DNA of 64,000 nt from Trypethelium eluteriae (taxonomy: Eukaryota), in the NCBI GenBank assembly GCA_051942245.1, contig JAVECL010000032.1, forward strand, positions 1-64,000. Reading direction: 5' to 3'. Below, in pieces: positions 26,375 through 37,044 of the stretch. A program made the position numbers and the translations under genes. Each line of letters starts with the position of its first letter. Within the stretch, counting starts at the first letter, position 1. The notes beneath the pieces are model-generated. The model was not told where the DNA came from and made no database searches. It worked only from the letters and a program-made list of their open reading frames with translations.

Positions 26375-27754
26375 TTATAGCCTTCTCAACCGATCAATCA
26401 TTTCCCATGAAAGCGCCCTGAGTCGACCTCGTAAGTCGACATCTAATTGATCGTACATTACCGCCGAAATCGGCAAGGTCATCTCGCTATCCGGATCCGA
26501 GCTCTCCGGCGTCTCGGTCCCTTCTCTTCTTCCTTTATTTGTCGCCTGCACTTTGAGCTTTGATGATAGCTGATCAACAACACGTCGCACCCGGTGGAGC
26601 TCGCTCAAAACAAGCTGCGCTGCCATGCGTGCTGAATCCGTGCCGTCTAGACAGTAGCTGCCAACGGTGGTAGGACTTTGAAAGGGTTGTTCAGACGGTG
26701 ATGATTGGCTCAAGTGGCATGCTTGAAGGCTCTGCGAGCCATGCTTGTCGCGTGCGACAGCTGCGTACCAGCCTAACACTTTAAAGATTATAAGCGACAT
26801 GATGGCGAGTAGATAGCCGTCCTGTGAGCACGAACATTTCAGCATTGTGCTTACGGCTTCAATAGTGGCTTCATTCTGGGCGATCACGGCTTGAGTCGAT
26901 GGGATCGTAGTAGCCCTTTCGAGCCCTTGAGTTGTCCAGGTCATGCATGTGTTCGAGGGCGAAGGGAAGAGCTGTTTCATAATTCCAAGAGCTCGGCCCA
27001 GGCATGACCAGGACGAGTCAGTTGTGCGGACCTCCTGGCAATGTCGTATTTCTCCACTGGGAGAGGTTGAGTTTTTCGGTGTAGAGCTCGGAATGGAAAC
27101 GGGAAGTCTCTCTGGAACGGTAGCTCCGAAGACAGGGAAAGTATCTGTAAGACAGTCGGAGCCATTTCCGTCGCTGTGAACACCTGTAGGGAAGAAATCT
27201 CCTGCCCCGAAGATATTAAGGTCTGACATCTCAGAGGAGAGTGATATCGGTGTGGTGAATAGGTCATCAAGGTCCATCTCTATATCTGTAGATGTCGAAG
27301 AGAGGGCCTGGTCTGTTGGACCGAAGAAGTCCTGCAACAGGTCTAAAGATCTAGACACGTTCGCTTTATTAGAATGATGCACAGCTCCTGATGATTGCCG
27401 AGTATCAATGTTTGGGTATGAAGAGGAAGTGATAGCCCAACTGGCTGGCGACGGGAAATGTACAGTGCCATTTGTATCTGTTGCGGTGATGGAGGCATCA
27501 CTGCCGCGGGTCTCGTTAGTTGTTGACCGGCTGTTGGGCTTTCTGCCTCCTCGTTTCGCAACAACATATTCACAAGTGAGACCACGCTTTGCACAGCGAG
27601 AGCATGTTGGCTTCTCTTGCGGGCATTTCAACTTGGAGGATGCGCAGGGATGGCAGCTGTTACGCAGTTTCGGCCGGCCAGGTGCAGCAGTATGCCCATG
27701 GAAAGGGGCAGAAGGCGTGGGTAGGCCTGTACCCGGAGGATACACTGCGTTCAT
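26375..27754 (-). CDS. mdpE: AflR-like Zn(II)2Cys6 pathway-specific transcription factor (MdpE/GedR/TpcE-like)
   Basis: Intronless 459 aa. Zinc cluster KLRNSCHPCASSKLKCPQEKPTCSRCAKRGLTCEY; AflR C-terminal domain CSCSQDGYLL..KVLGWYAA..RMAAQLVLSELHRV. Symbol is by orthology. Confidence 0.9.
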   Translation of the reverse strand: MNAVYPPGTGLPTPSAPFHGHTAAPGRPKLRNSCHPCASSKLKCPQEKPTCSRCAKRGLTCEYVVAKRGGRKPNSRSTTNETRGSDASITATDTNGTVHFPSPASWAITSSSYPNIDTRQSSGAVHHSNKANVSRSLDLLQDFFGPTDQALSSTSTDIEMDLDDLFTTPISLSSEMSDLNIFGAGDFFPTGVHSDGNGSDCLTDTFPVFGATVPERLPVSIPSSTPKNSTSPSGEIRHCQEVRTTDSSWSCLGRALGIMKQLFPSPSNTCMTWTTQGLERATTIPSTQAVIAQNEATIEAVSTMLKCSCSQDGYLLAIMSLIIFKVLGWYAAVARDKHGSQSLQACHLSQSSPSEQPFQSPTTVGSYCLDGTDSARMAAQLVLSELHRVRRVVDQLSSKLKVQATNKGRREGTETPESSDPDSEMTLPISAVMYDQLDVDLRGRLRALSWEMIDRLRRL

Positions 27755-29365
27755 GACCAGTAGCTCAAGTAAACCTTAAGAAGGGGGTAACGCTGAAATG
27801 ATACTGCAAAGAAATAGGCAGAGAAATCTTGAGTGGATTTTAAATTGACAACTCCAGCGAAGTAAGCTTTGACGACCTCAAGTCTGACTTGAAGCACGAA
27901 ATAGCCTTGCTATTGTCAAGAGCCAATCGAGCATTTCTTCGCTGCTGTAAATAGAAGAGCAGGGAAGAGATCACCAAAAGAGTTCGATTGGTGCATGTTG
28001 TACCAGATCGGCAGATGAAGTATTAGATATGCAGGATCTTATCACTACCTGTACGGCCTCCCCACTTGCATACCGACTTCGGCTCTCTCGACCAAAAATC
28101 TGAAGATAGATACCTCAATGCGAAGCGATGGACATACCAGATATGTAGTGTCGGAATTCATTAGCCAATAGCAACCTCAAATCGGTACCCCATCTGAATC
28201 GTGGGGGTCCATCATCCCAACCACCTTTGCTCGAAGATCTATCTAGGCAGGCGAGCAATTTGCTCATGGTGGACTTCTCCATAGGCTGTTCAGTGGGTCA
28301 AGCATAGAGCCGTGATTTGTGCGGAGTTGATGAAGGATCCGCCTCACCACCTAAAGTGCGGTGCTCGATGTGGATGCACGAGCCACCTCATGGGCTTGTA
28401 GCTAGCTCCACCTTGCTGGTTCATTCTACCGTCCTTTTCTCCTCTACGCATTCTGCCTTCACTATGATGCGGAATACGGACATGCTCGTGCCTTCCTCCG
28501 CCACATGTTGCAGGTACGATGCACCATCGTCAACACTCCACAGTCTAGAATCTCTACTCAAGCTAGCTCGGCCCTGTAGCTAACGACCTTTTATTTCATT
28601 CCCCCGTGGCGTGCTCGAACCTGCATCTGAATTGACCCTGTTGCTGAATCTGCTACCCATCCAGCTGTCGAACCTGTGGGCGACCCTGCTACGGAAGTAG
28701 CTGCAGTAGTTCGTCGTGGCTGCAGAACTAGCTGCCGAATCGGTCCAGGCCCATGTGTGGTTGCTGCTACTTCGGCTGCTGTAGCACAGCAGCCGACGCC
28801 TAATTAGGACCTTACGCCCTCAGCTCAAATATGCTTCTCGCTGCTGAAGACCGGCTCGTGCTCTGCTCACCATTATTTGGAACCTATTACTGGGTACCTG
28901 ATTTCATTGGCCGACGTGGAAATCCTTACATCCCCAATCTGCAGTCTTTGTCAATCTTACCTAAAGGAGACTGGGACCTTATTTGATTTTGTCGTGCGCA
29001 GCGTTGGGCTCTCCACATTATGGAACTGAGAAATGTACAGTATGTCATCAATGTCCTGGTATAGGTTTTCATGAACGGGATGACGAGCTAAAGTTTCCAG
29101 AACGAGGTACAATAGTTGGCTTCAGTATGCTCTGAGCTCTTGAGGCGAGCCCCTTGGTCTTCTCACAGAATAATTGCGCGAAGAAGAACATACCGGTAGA
29201 CTTCGTCTCAGCCTGTAGAGCCTGCTCCTGAGTTTGCTCATAGGTAACTTGCAACATGCGACACATTATCAAAATATGTTGAGCGGTATAGCGCTGAAGC
29301 AATTCTTCTCTATATCTGTTTTTGTATTTACACGGGTAGGTGATACTAATCTACACCTTTGAATC

Positions 29366-30593
29366 TCAGACGCATTGCATATAGTACGGTGGCGAGACAT
29401 CCGAACAGGTAGAACCAGAAGCACAGGTCGTACACCCTGTATATCCCGTTCCACCACATTGTCCATACTTTGCCACAGAACAAGCACCAGGCGCCGCTCC
29501 ACTCGATGTCGCAACGCTAGAAGTACTTGCTTGTGTAGGGCTTGAGCTAGCCTTCGCCGTCGTAGTGACGAGGGTCGAAGTCGTAGCCTTACTTGCCGAG
29601 GCGCTTGTGGCAACAGAGGCACCGGGAGTGCTGAGCTCGGCGCCAGAGCACGCTGCACCGGCCGACTTGGTCGAGCCGCCGGAGTACACGCTAGGACCAG
29701 GTGCAATGTACGTTGACATGGACTGATAGATATTGATGAGGATACCGGGATCAGAGGCGCTGTAGGCTCCAGGGAGGAGCACGGTGGCTGGGTTCGCGGA
29801 GCCGCCGCCGGAAACCGTGAGTTGGTCTAGAATAAGCACTTAGTACGTCTTGTGTGGCTTGTGATAGTAAAGGATGGGTTAAGAAGAGAAAAGTTTGTGC
29901 TTACAGCAACTCGTGTAGAACTGCGCACCTCCGGTACTGCTAGCTACGTGCAAGGCAATGACCTCCGCACGAAGCAAGTAGTCACCAGCTGCAATGTCTG
30001 AGGGGATCTTGACATTCATTTTCCCACAGCAAGTGTTCAAGTCCTTGGTGCCCCAATTGTCGGTGGAACCCGTGCTGCCAGCGCCAACGTTCGCCCATGA
30101 ATCTTCGAAGACTTTGAACCAGCCGCTTGAGCCATCGGCGGTGGCGGCGTTGCTGACTTTGCTCATATAAACTTGGACAGGCCCGTAGTGGTCGCCGCCA
30201 ATGGCCTCATTCGCGCAGGAACGATCGCCCGGTTGCTATCGAAGCAGCCGTTTTTAGCTAGAGGAGGGCTATGAGAAGATACCTAGCCGTACCTGGTGCA
30301 TCTCCACTGTCACGGTTTGTCCGGCTGTGACAGCACATTTTCCTGCAACACCTGTCGTACCGCCGACGTTGCAACGGATGTCCGTTGATGTGACGTCTGT
30401 TACGGGGTTGTTTGAGGGTGGTAGACGGACGCAGGTACTGCCGTGATTTCTTCATGAGCTTTTGGACACCACGACGAAAGTAAGGAAGACATATCTTGTC
30501 AACGCCATTGACCCACAGGTCTTGAAATGTTGCGTGAGCTGCAGCTTGTTGAGCCACAAGCACAGCGAAGAGAGGAAAGACAGAGGCGTGCAT
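29366..30593 (-). CDS. AA9 (GH61) lytic polysaccharide monooxygenase with Ser/Thr linker and C-terminal CBM1
   Basis: Signal peptide followed by His1 ([16 protein letters not shown]). Multi-exon, with [29 protein letters not shown] and [19 protein letters not shown]1 reads [27 protein letters not shown]. Confidence 0.95.
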
Positions 30594-31863
30594 CTTCGCT
30601 GATCAAAAAGTCCGACGGTTAAGGAGATAAGATAGGATGCTCTACAAAAGAAAGCCAAGCAACGGAGGACAAGGGAAGCCTTATGTATCAGCATCGCTAC
30701 CGTCTAACGGTTATATCTGCTATTGTAGCATTTCGGCCCGTAGCTACGTGAACCACTTGATCCTACCTTCATATGTGACCAGATTATCCGTCCATCAATA
30801 CCAGTCTTGAACATGGTCGCCTTGGCCAATGGTTCTGGTCCGTGTGGATAAAGGGTATAGCTCGAATAGTTCTCGTGGTCTTGTGATGGGTGTGCCAGAG
30901 TGTTGACTAGGTATATTAGCAATATATGGTACTTTGGAAGAATCTGGATAATTGGAAATGATTAACCGGAGATCAATCCTCCGCCTGTATCCGAGGTTCC
31001 GCCGGACCCCTGAGCATGCACGCTAAATGAAGCAGTACAGGACATAGGCACAAAAATTAATAGGTCCAACGGTATTTCTGATCATGGTTAGGGGATTTCC
31101 CCCTTTGCCGTTTGTTAGCGCGCCTACTCCGGGATTGCACTGCGAGCGAAGCCCGTTTAGAGCTGGCCATAGTGGTGTTTAGATGTGTCTGGGCCACCGC
31201 ACCTCAGCGGCGACCAAGACTTCAGCCTCAACGTTTCTATATTATACTTGCCGTGCATTCCGGCAGACGCGCACCAACGCTGAGCGACCTGTGATACATG
31301 GCCCACGTTCTCTACAGTGATACTGGAGCCAAGACCTGCGCTCGCTTCCGCCACAGGTGGTTTGACAAATCTTCACACTCAATCCGGGAGATTGATTAGC
31401 AGGAATTGAATACTTGAAGTGTACGAAACATGAAAGAAGAGTCATGAAGGTGAGCTTTTTGTCAAGACCGACATTTGAGTCTGGGACAAGCGATGGTCAT
31501 GAATAGCCTCGACACCTATTTCAAAAACTCACTTCGCCGAGCCTTCCAGTAAACGAGTCGAGCGATACATGGTCGGTGATAGTCTAAGAGGTTCATTAAT
31601 TGATAAGGGGGCTTGTTTAGCTCCCCTAAGAAGGTAAACATGAAGCAGCTTGAGGAAGAAGATTTGTTCGCGATGCGATCAACTTTGACAATGACGTCGT
31701 TCTTCCCCTGAGATAAGAGCCCAGACTATCCCTAATAAAGGCTAGCCTGTAGATGCTGCTATATTATTAGTATTCTCTGCGTCCGCCCTCATCTTCTTGC
31801 TGGCTCTGCTCACTCACTAATTCTCTGTAATTTGCTTCCTGTACTTGCCTCTAACGTGAATCC

Positions 31864-32184
31864 ATGGTCAACAAAGAAGTCCAGGACGCCCTCAGGGCAT
31901 TCGTCGCCGAACGCGATTGGGCGCAATTCCACACTCCAGAGAACCTTGCTAAGAGCGTGGCGATTGAAGCCGGTGAACTACTCGAGTGCTTTCAGTGGGG
32001 CGCCGAAGCTAAACCGGAGCGTGTTCGTGAAGAACTTGCCGACGTACTGACCTACTGTTTGCATCTCGCTGATCGCATTGGAGTCGATCCTGACAAGATC
32101 GTCTTGGAGAAGCTCGAAACCACGCGGAAAAAGTATCCTGTAGACAAGGCACGAGGAAGCAGCAGAAAGTATGATGAACTCTAA
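31864..32184 (+). CDS. MazG-like nucleotide pyrophosphohydrolase (dCTPase/RS21-C6-like), bacterial type
   Basis: Intronless 106 aa: F..ERDW.QFHTPENLAKS..IEAGELLE.FQW..EELADVL.Y..KYP..KARG...KY. The EXXE and EXXD metal-binding helices are intact. Confidence 0.92.
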   Translation: MVNKEVQDALRAFVAERDWAQFHTPENLAKSVAIEAGELLECFQWGAEAKPERVREELADVLTYCLHLADRIGVDPDKIVLEKLETTRKKYPVDKARGSSRKYDEL

Positions 32185-33946
32185 CATAGCCTGGCTTGAG
32201 TTCTCCAAGGCCGCCGTCACGACATGGAAGTTTCACGACGAGAAACATGGCAACTGGCCTGTCGTATATGTACTAGACAATGGCCAGGACTCTGTACGGA
32301 GCAGTCGCAACAACCTGAGGGATGTTTACGTTGGCGAATCGCTCAACGCCGCAGGTCGACTGCGTCAGCACCTTGACACGCCCGCAAAGCAGCACCTCAA
32401 AAACATTCGAGTCATCATCGATCCAAGATTCAACAAGTCCGTCTGCCTCGACTTGGAGTCCTATTTGATCAAATTGCTGGCCGGTGATGGCGCTAACCGG
32501 GTACTTAATCGCAATAATGGAATTACAGAGGCCAAATACTACCAACGCGAAGTGTACCGCGAGAGGTTCCGCAATATCTTTGAGCGACTTAAGGGAGATG
32601 GGGTTTTCACGCGAAGCATTCCTGAAATTGAGAATAGCGACTTGTTTAAGCTGTCACCGTTCAAAGCACTGACGGAAGACCAAGCAGCTTCTGTTGAGGA
32701 TATCCTCAAAGGCCTCCTTATCGACATCGAGAGAAGTGCCGAAAGCACGGTAGTGATCCAGGGCGATCCGGGCACAGGCAAGACGGTCGTAGCTATCTAT
32801 CTGATCAAGTTGCTTGTTGACATTCAGAACTCCACTTCGCTCGAGGATCTTGCCCCCGACTCTCGTTTCTCTAACTTCTTCACCGAAACCAACCGGGGCC
32901 TTCTCGACCATCGCCGCATTGGTCTTGTCGTGCCGCAGCAATCATTGCGGGAATCCATTAAGAAGGTCTTCCGGAAGACGACTGGGCTTCATCCATCAAT
33001 GGTTATGACACCGTTTGACGTGGGAGAAGCCGAGGGAATATTCGATCTGTTATTAGTAGACGAGACTCATCGGCTCAATCAGCGTGCGAACCAGCCATCA
33101 GGACCTCTCAACAAGAAGTTTGCAACTATCACAGGCGAGCTCTTCGGTGACGACGACGCTAACAAGAGCAAGACTCAGCTTGATTGGATACGGAAGAAGA
33201 GCCGGCATCAGATCTTTATTTCGGACGCCGCGCAGAGTGTTCGACCAGCCGATCTGCCTTCGGAGCTACTGTCGAATCTTATTGCCGATGCTCGTGCATC
33301 GGGCCAGTACTTCCAGCTTCGGACTCAAATGCGGGTACAGGCGGGATCGGATTTTGTCTCTTACGTTCGCTGGATGCTAGACCCACATCCATTATCGTTA
33401 CCAAGGAGGAGACAAGACTTCGGAGAATATGACTTCCGCGCGTTCGACAGCATTACGCGCATGCAAGACGAAATTTTCCAGCGCGATGCTGAGGTGGGCC
33501 TTTCACGCATGGTGGCTGGCTATGCATGGGAATGGAAGACCAAAAAGGACAAGAATGCCTTTGATATCGAAATTGATCAAACGCAGCTTCGTTGGAACAG
33601 CACTCCAACTGATTGGATTGCCTCCAAAAATGCACTCGAGGAAGTGGGATCCATTCATACGGTCCAGGGATACGATCTAAATTACGTCGGTGTCATTATC
33701 GGCCCTGATCTGGGATTCGACCCTGAACGGAGACGCTTTTTCATTGATCGTAACTCGTACTTTGACAAGAAGGGCAAGGAAAATAACCCAACGCTCGGCA
33801 AAAGCTATTCGGATGACGACCTGCTGCGATTCATCACGCAAATCTATGCCGTGCTCATGACGCGTGGGATCCGGGGAACGTACGTCTATGCATGCAATGT
33901 TGGATTAAGGGAATATCTTCAAGGATTTATCCCATTTAGTCCCTAA
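32171..33946 (+). CDS. GIY-YIG nuclease + DUF2075 (Schlafen group 3-like) DNA/RNA helicase, bacterial type
   Basis: Intronless 591 aa. N-terminal VVYVL..VYVGES..RLRQH..ESYLI..N (GIY-YIG), Walker A GDPGTGKT, Walker B LLVDETHRL, VGSIHTVQGYDLNYVGVIIGPDL and YAVLMTRG. Overlaps the MazG-like ORF by 14 nt. Confidence 0.9.
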   Translation: MMNSNIAWLEFSKAAVTTWKFHDEKHGNWPVVYVLDNGQDSVRSSRNNLRDVYVGESLNAAGRLRQHLDTPAKQHLKNIRVIIDPRFNKSVCLDLESYLIKLLAGDGANRVLNRNNGITEAKYYQREVYRERFRNIFERLKGDGVFTRSIPEIENSDLFKLSPFKALTEDQAASVEDILKGLLIDIERSAESTVVIQGDPGTGKTVVAIYLIKLLVDIQNSTSLEDLAPDSRFSNFFTETNRGLLDHRRIGLVVPQQSLRESIKKVFRKTTGLHPSMVMTPFDVGEAEGIFDLLLVDETHRLNQRANQPSGPLNKKFATITGELFGDDDANKSKTQLDWIRKKSRHQIFISDAAQSVRPADLPSELLSNLIADARASGQYFQLRTQMRVQAGSDFVSYVRWMLDPHPLSLPRRRQDFGEYDFRAFDSITRMQDEIFQRDAEVGLSRMVAGYAWEWKTKKDKNAFDIEIDQTQLRWNSTPTDWIASKNALEEVGSIHTVQGYDLNYVGVIIGPDLGFDPERRRFFIDRNSYFDKKGKENNPTLGKSYSDDDLLRFITQIYAVLMTRGIRGTYVYACNVGLREYLQGFIPFSP

Positions 33947-34451
33947 AACCATGTAAGCCCATTAGTGACAATCTCATGAGATTTCCAGAAGGGATGAGAA
34001 ATGAGGAGGGCATTGAAGGAGATAGATCGAGCCTTGACCATGGCTTCGTAACCCGTGAAGAAAGGGATCTTGCTAAAGATACGATCGGCCACTACACCAC
34101 TCTCTCTTATCAAATGAGTGAAGCCCATCGTAGGAGGCTGGCCTATTGTTCTTGCACAGCAGAAAACTGTTTGTGAAGGAAATTTTTAAGAAAACGCAGA
34201 AAGGCAGAGAGCGCAGAGCTTGGACGTAGTAGGTTTCTGGACTTTGATATGATGATCAAGACGAGATCAATTGGTACCTGAAGTCTGGTCTCGTACTATA
34301 TCATAAAGCTACAAATGTGAATGGAAATGTTTTCCTTTTGACCGTACCGCTCCCCTTCATTGAAGGTGCTTGGGCTTTGAAACTCCCATGAGAGGAGAAG
34401 TTCTCCGGATTAATGACTTCATCTGTCTATCGTGATTGCCCGAGCCTAGAT

Positions 34452-36781
34452 TTAATACAGTCTGTCAATCTGAGCGAAGCCGTTCTGCCCTGCAACTGAC
34501 TGCTCCCACTGCACCCACTCATTTGGGTCCACCTCGAAAGATAGGAGATCGGGGAAATCGTAGGCGTCAAACGGCTCGAAATCAGCGAGATCTTCTTCAT
34601 CTCTTTGACCCTGCGATTTGTTGTAGCCGTTAGAAATCCGAGTGACAGGCTCGGAATCTGCAGATCGGTTGTTGGCTTCAGATGGTGGTTCCGTTACAGG
34701 TTTGCGGCAGCGACGGATCGCATTGATATATTCAGGTGTTGACGAGATAGGGAAGCCTTCGATCTTCGAAGCCGCAACGTATTCGTCCCAGACTTCCAGC
34801 GTCCACTTGCCTAATGCCGCATACACAGCTGCAGTGGATTCCTCGAAGATCTGAGGGTAGTATGAAAATACCTTACCAATCAACTGCCATAACTTATCGA
34901 CTTCAGATCCTGATTTGCGGTGCCGTGCTTCGATGAGCACGTAAAGTATTGAGTTCCAAAGATAGCTCGTGCCGATCTGCCAGGTGAACTTCTGTAAACC
35001 TTGACCATCTGACTGCATTAAAGCTGTATACTCTAAGAGTTTCGTAGCATTTGCAAATACCATATCACGCTCGCTTTGAGGAACCTTGACGGGGCTGTTG
35101 GCGAATTGCCGTGGATTGTGAGCAAACAGCTTCATTTTGCACACTGATGACCTAATCATGATTGATCCAAAGGTATGAAGTGGGTTCGAAGGATCGCAAT
35201 ATCGTAAATATTTATTTTCCCAATGGTCCTCAATCTGGCTTATGACGGCGTCTTTCTTAGCAAGTGTGGTATCTGGGCTATAGAGCACCTCCCAGCACAC
35301 ATTACCGGGATGCGTCGTGGAAAACTTTCGTAAAGTCTCTATGATGTCGCATCTGATCAAGCAAAGCGAAATAGGAGTGATACCGTTTCGCTCTGATGGC
35401 AGATCAACCATATCCGGGTTGAAGTCTTCGTCGTCGACATTCAGAGGCATTTTAGTATCTCCACAGGAGAGATCCAGAGATGCTCTCGTGCCCAGTAAGT
35501 CGGCTGTACGAAAGTCCACATGAACGAGGTGCCACCAAAGTCGTCTCCGCATTTCAGTCTCGAATGGAGAAAGTCCAAGAGACGTACCATCCCTGTGGAG
35601 TCCCATCTTGCGTGCAAGTCGAATCGCGACCCCCGACAGGACAAATAGGGTATCGCATCGATAACTGTTTCTTACACACATCTTATCTATCAGCTCAGCA
35701 GCGGAAAGGAGCTGGGCATTTGCAGCTCACCATGAAAATTGCGTATGCTCGAAGAGTCATTGGGCTGGAAGTTGATAGGAACCCTGCATTCACCAGCGCT
35801 TGACGAGTTGCAACTCTGTAGCGAGTATACATGACTGATTTCTGTAGTCCAAATAAAGTTTCGCATTCGTCTTCCTTCAAAGCGCTGATTGCTGCACAAC
35901 AGAAAGCAAATATCGCTGCCTCTAAGCTTTTGGATAGGTCTTGAGGGTGTCGTAGGCCATTCATTAAGGCGGTCCAAAACGTGGGTAGATGCAAAATCTT
36001 CATCATAGGGTCAACTCGGTCGGCATAAATTTCCCTCAATTTTGGTAATATCTCGAAGGAAGGATAGAAGCTTGCGAGATTGTCGACTTTAAAGCTGCAC
36101 CCGGGCTCAAAGAATAGCTCACTTTCCTGGATATTCGACTCGTCCGATTGCTCCCCAAGGACGCCAACTTCTGGATGTTGAAGCTAACTCATTGTCAGAG
36201 TAAGAGATTGCGAGGAACGAGGGAAAGTATATGAACACTCACTTGATCCCCGAGATTGGACCAGAGAGCACTAAGAGATTTAGAAAAAGCATCGGTCACA
36301 GTGGAGATTAACAAGCATACCTATCAAAATATCTTGATGTCCCTTCCCTGGTTATGAGCTTTGGCTTGGTCTCTTCGAGTCCAAAAGGATCACTCCGGAC
36401 TGTGCTTGGAGGCTCGCCATTCTCGATCGTCTCATCCTCGGCCGGAGATGTCGTTTCCAACTCGGACTCATCGGAATTTTCATATGGCTCGACCTTTGCA
36501 CCATATGATTTCAACAGCTCTTCATATCGCTTCAACTTGGCATGAAGGCCTTCTCTAGGAGGCTTTGTCCTTTTTCGCTTTCCACGGACCGGAGGGATGA
36601 AGCTGCATTGCTTCTGTGCCCTGACGCAATTGCAGCAGGGAGTGCGGCGATCGCATCTAACCTTGCGCTGCCGACAAGTCAAGCACGAGTAGCTTCTAAC
36701 ACCATCACTTGGTCCGAGCTGCTGCAGTCTCTGAGGCTGAGAAACTCCAGCGTTTACATTTCTCATCGTTCCAGTTAGCAT
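34452..36781 (-). CDS. Zn(II)2Cys6 transcription factor with fungal-specific TF (middle homology) domain
   Basis: Zinc cluster CLTCRQRKVRCDRRTPCCNCVRAQKQC. Later exons read VDPMMKILHLPT and GVAIRLARKMGLHRDG..FETEMRRRLWW. Several short introns. Confidence 0.9.
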
Positions 36782-37044
36782 AAAAGGCTGGGGCGAAAAT
36801 GTGGGCGAAGGTCGGTGTAGCTCGTGCAGTCACATCAAAGGGTTGACTGTCGCTGCTACTCGGTGCTCGGAGACCAAAACACAAGTTTTGGGCACCGAGG
36901 AGCGAATGGACCAGCATTCGCTGGTTCTTTAAATACTTTGTGCAGGAGCTCCGCAAATTTTGATGAATTCTCGTCAACCAAGGTTACGTTCTTGCAATCA
37001 AGTTCGCTTTCCTTCACTTAAATTCGTTTCTCTCCAAGATCGTT

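Noticed and set aside
28317..28900. Ala/Pro/Val-rich coding-like stretch between the AflR-like gene and AA9
   Set aside because: Interrupted in all frames and has no recognisable domain.
31606..31627. Imperfect hairpin aagggggct-tgttt-agctcccct upstream of the MazG-like gene
   Set aside because: Short and imperfect, with no U-tract or partner repeat, so it cannot be called a terminator or an element end.
32150..32170. Residual Shine-Dalgarno (GAGG at 32153) before the helicase start
   Set aside because: Spacing of ~14 nt is too long, and the bases are explained by the MazG codons for ARGS.
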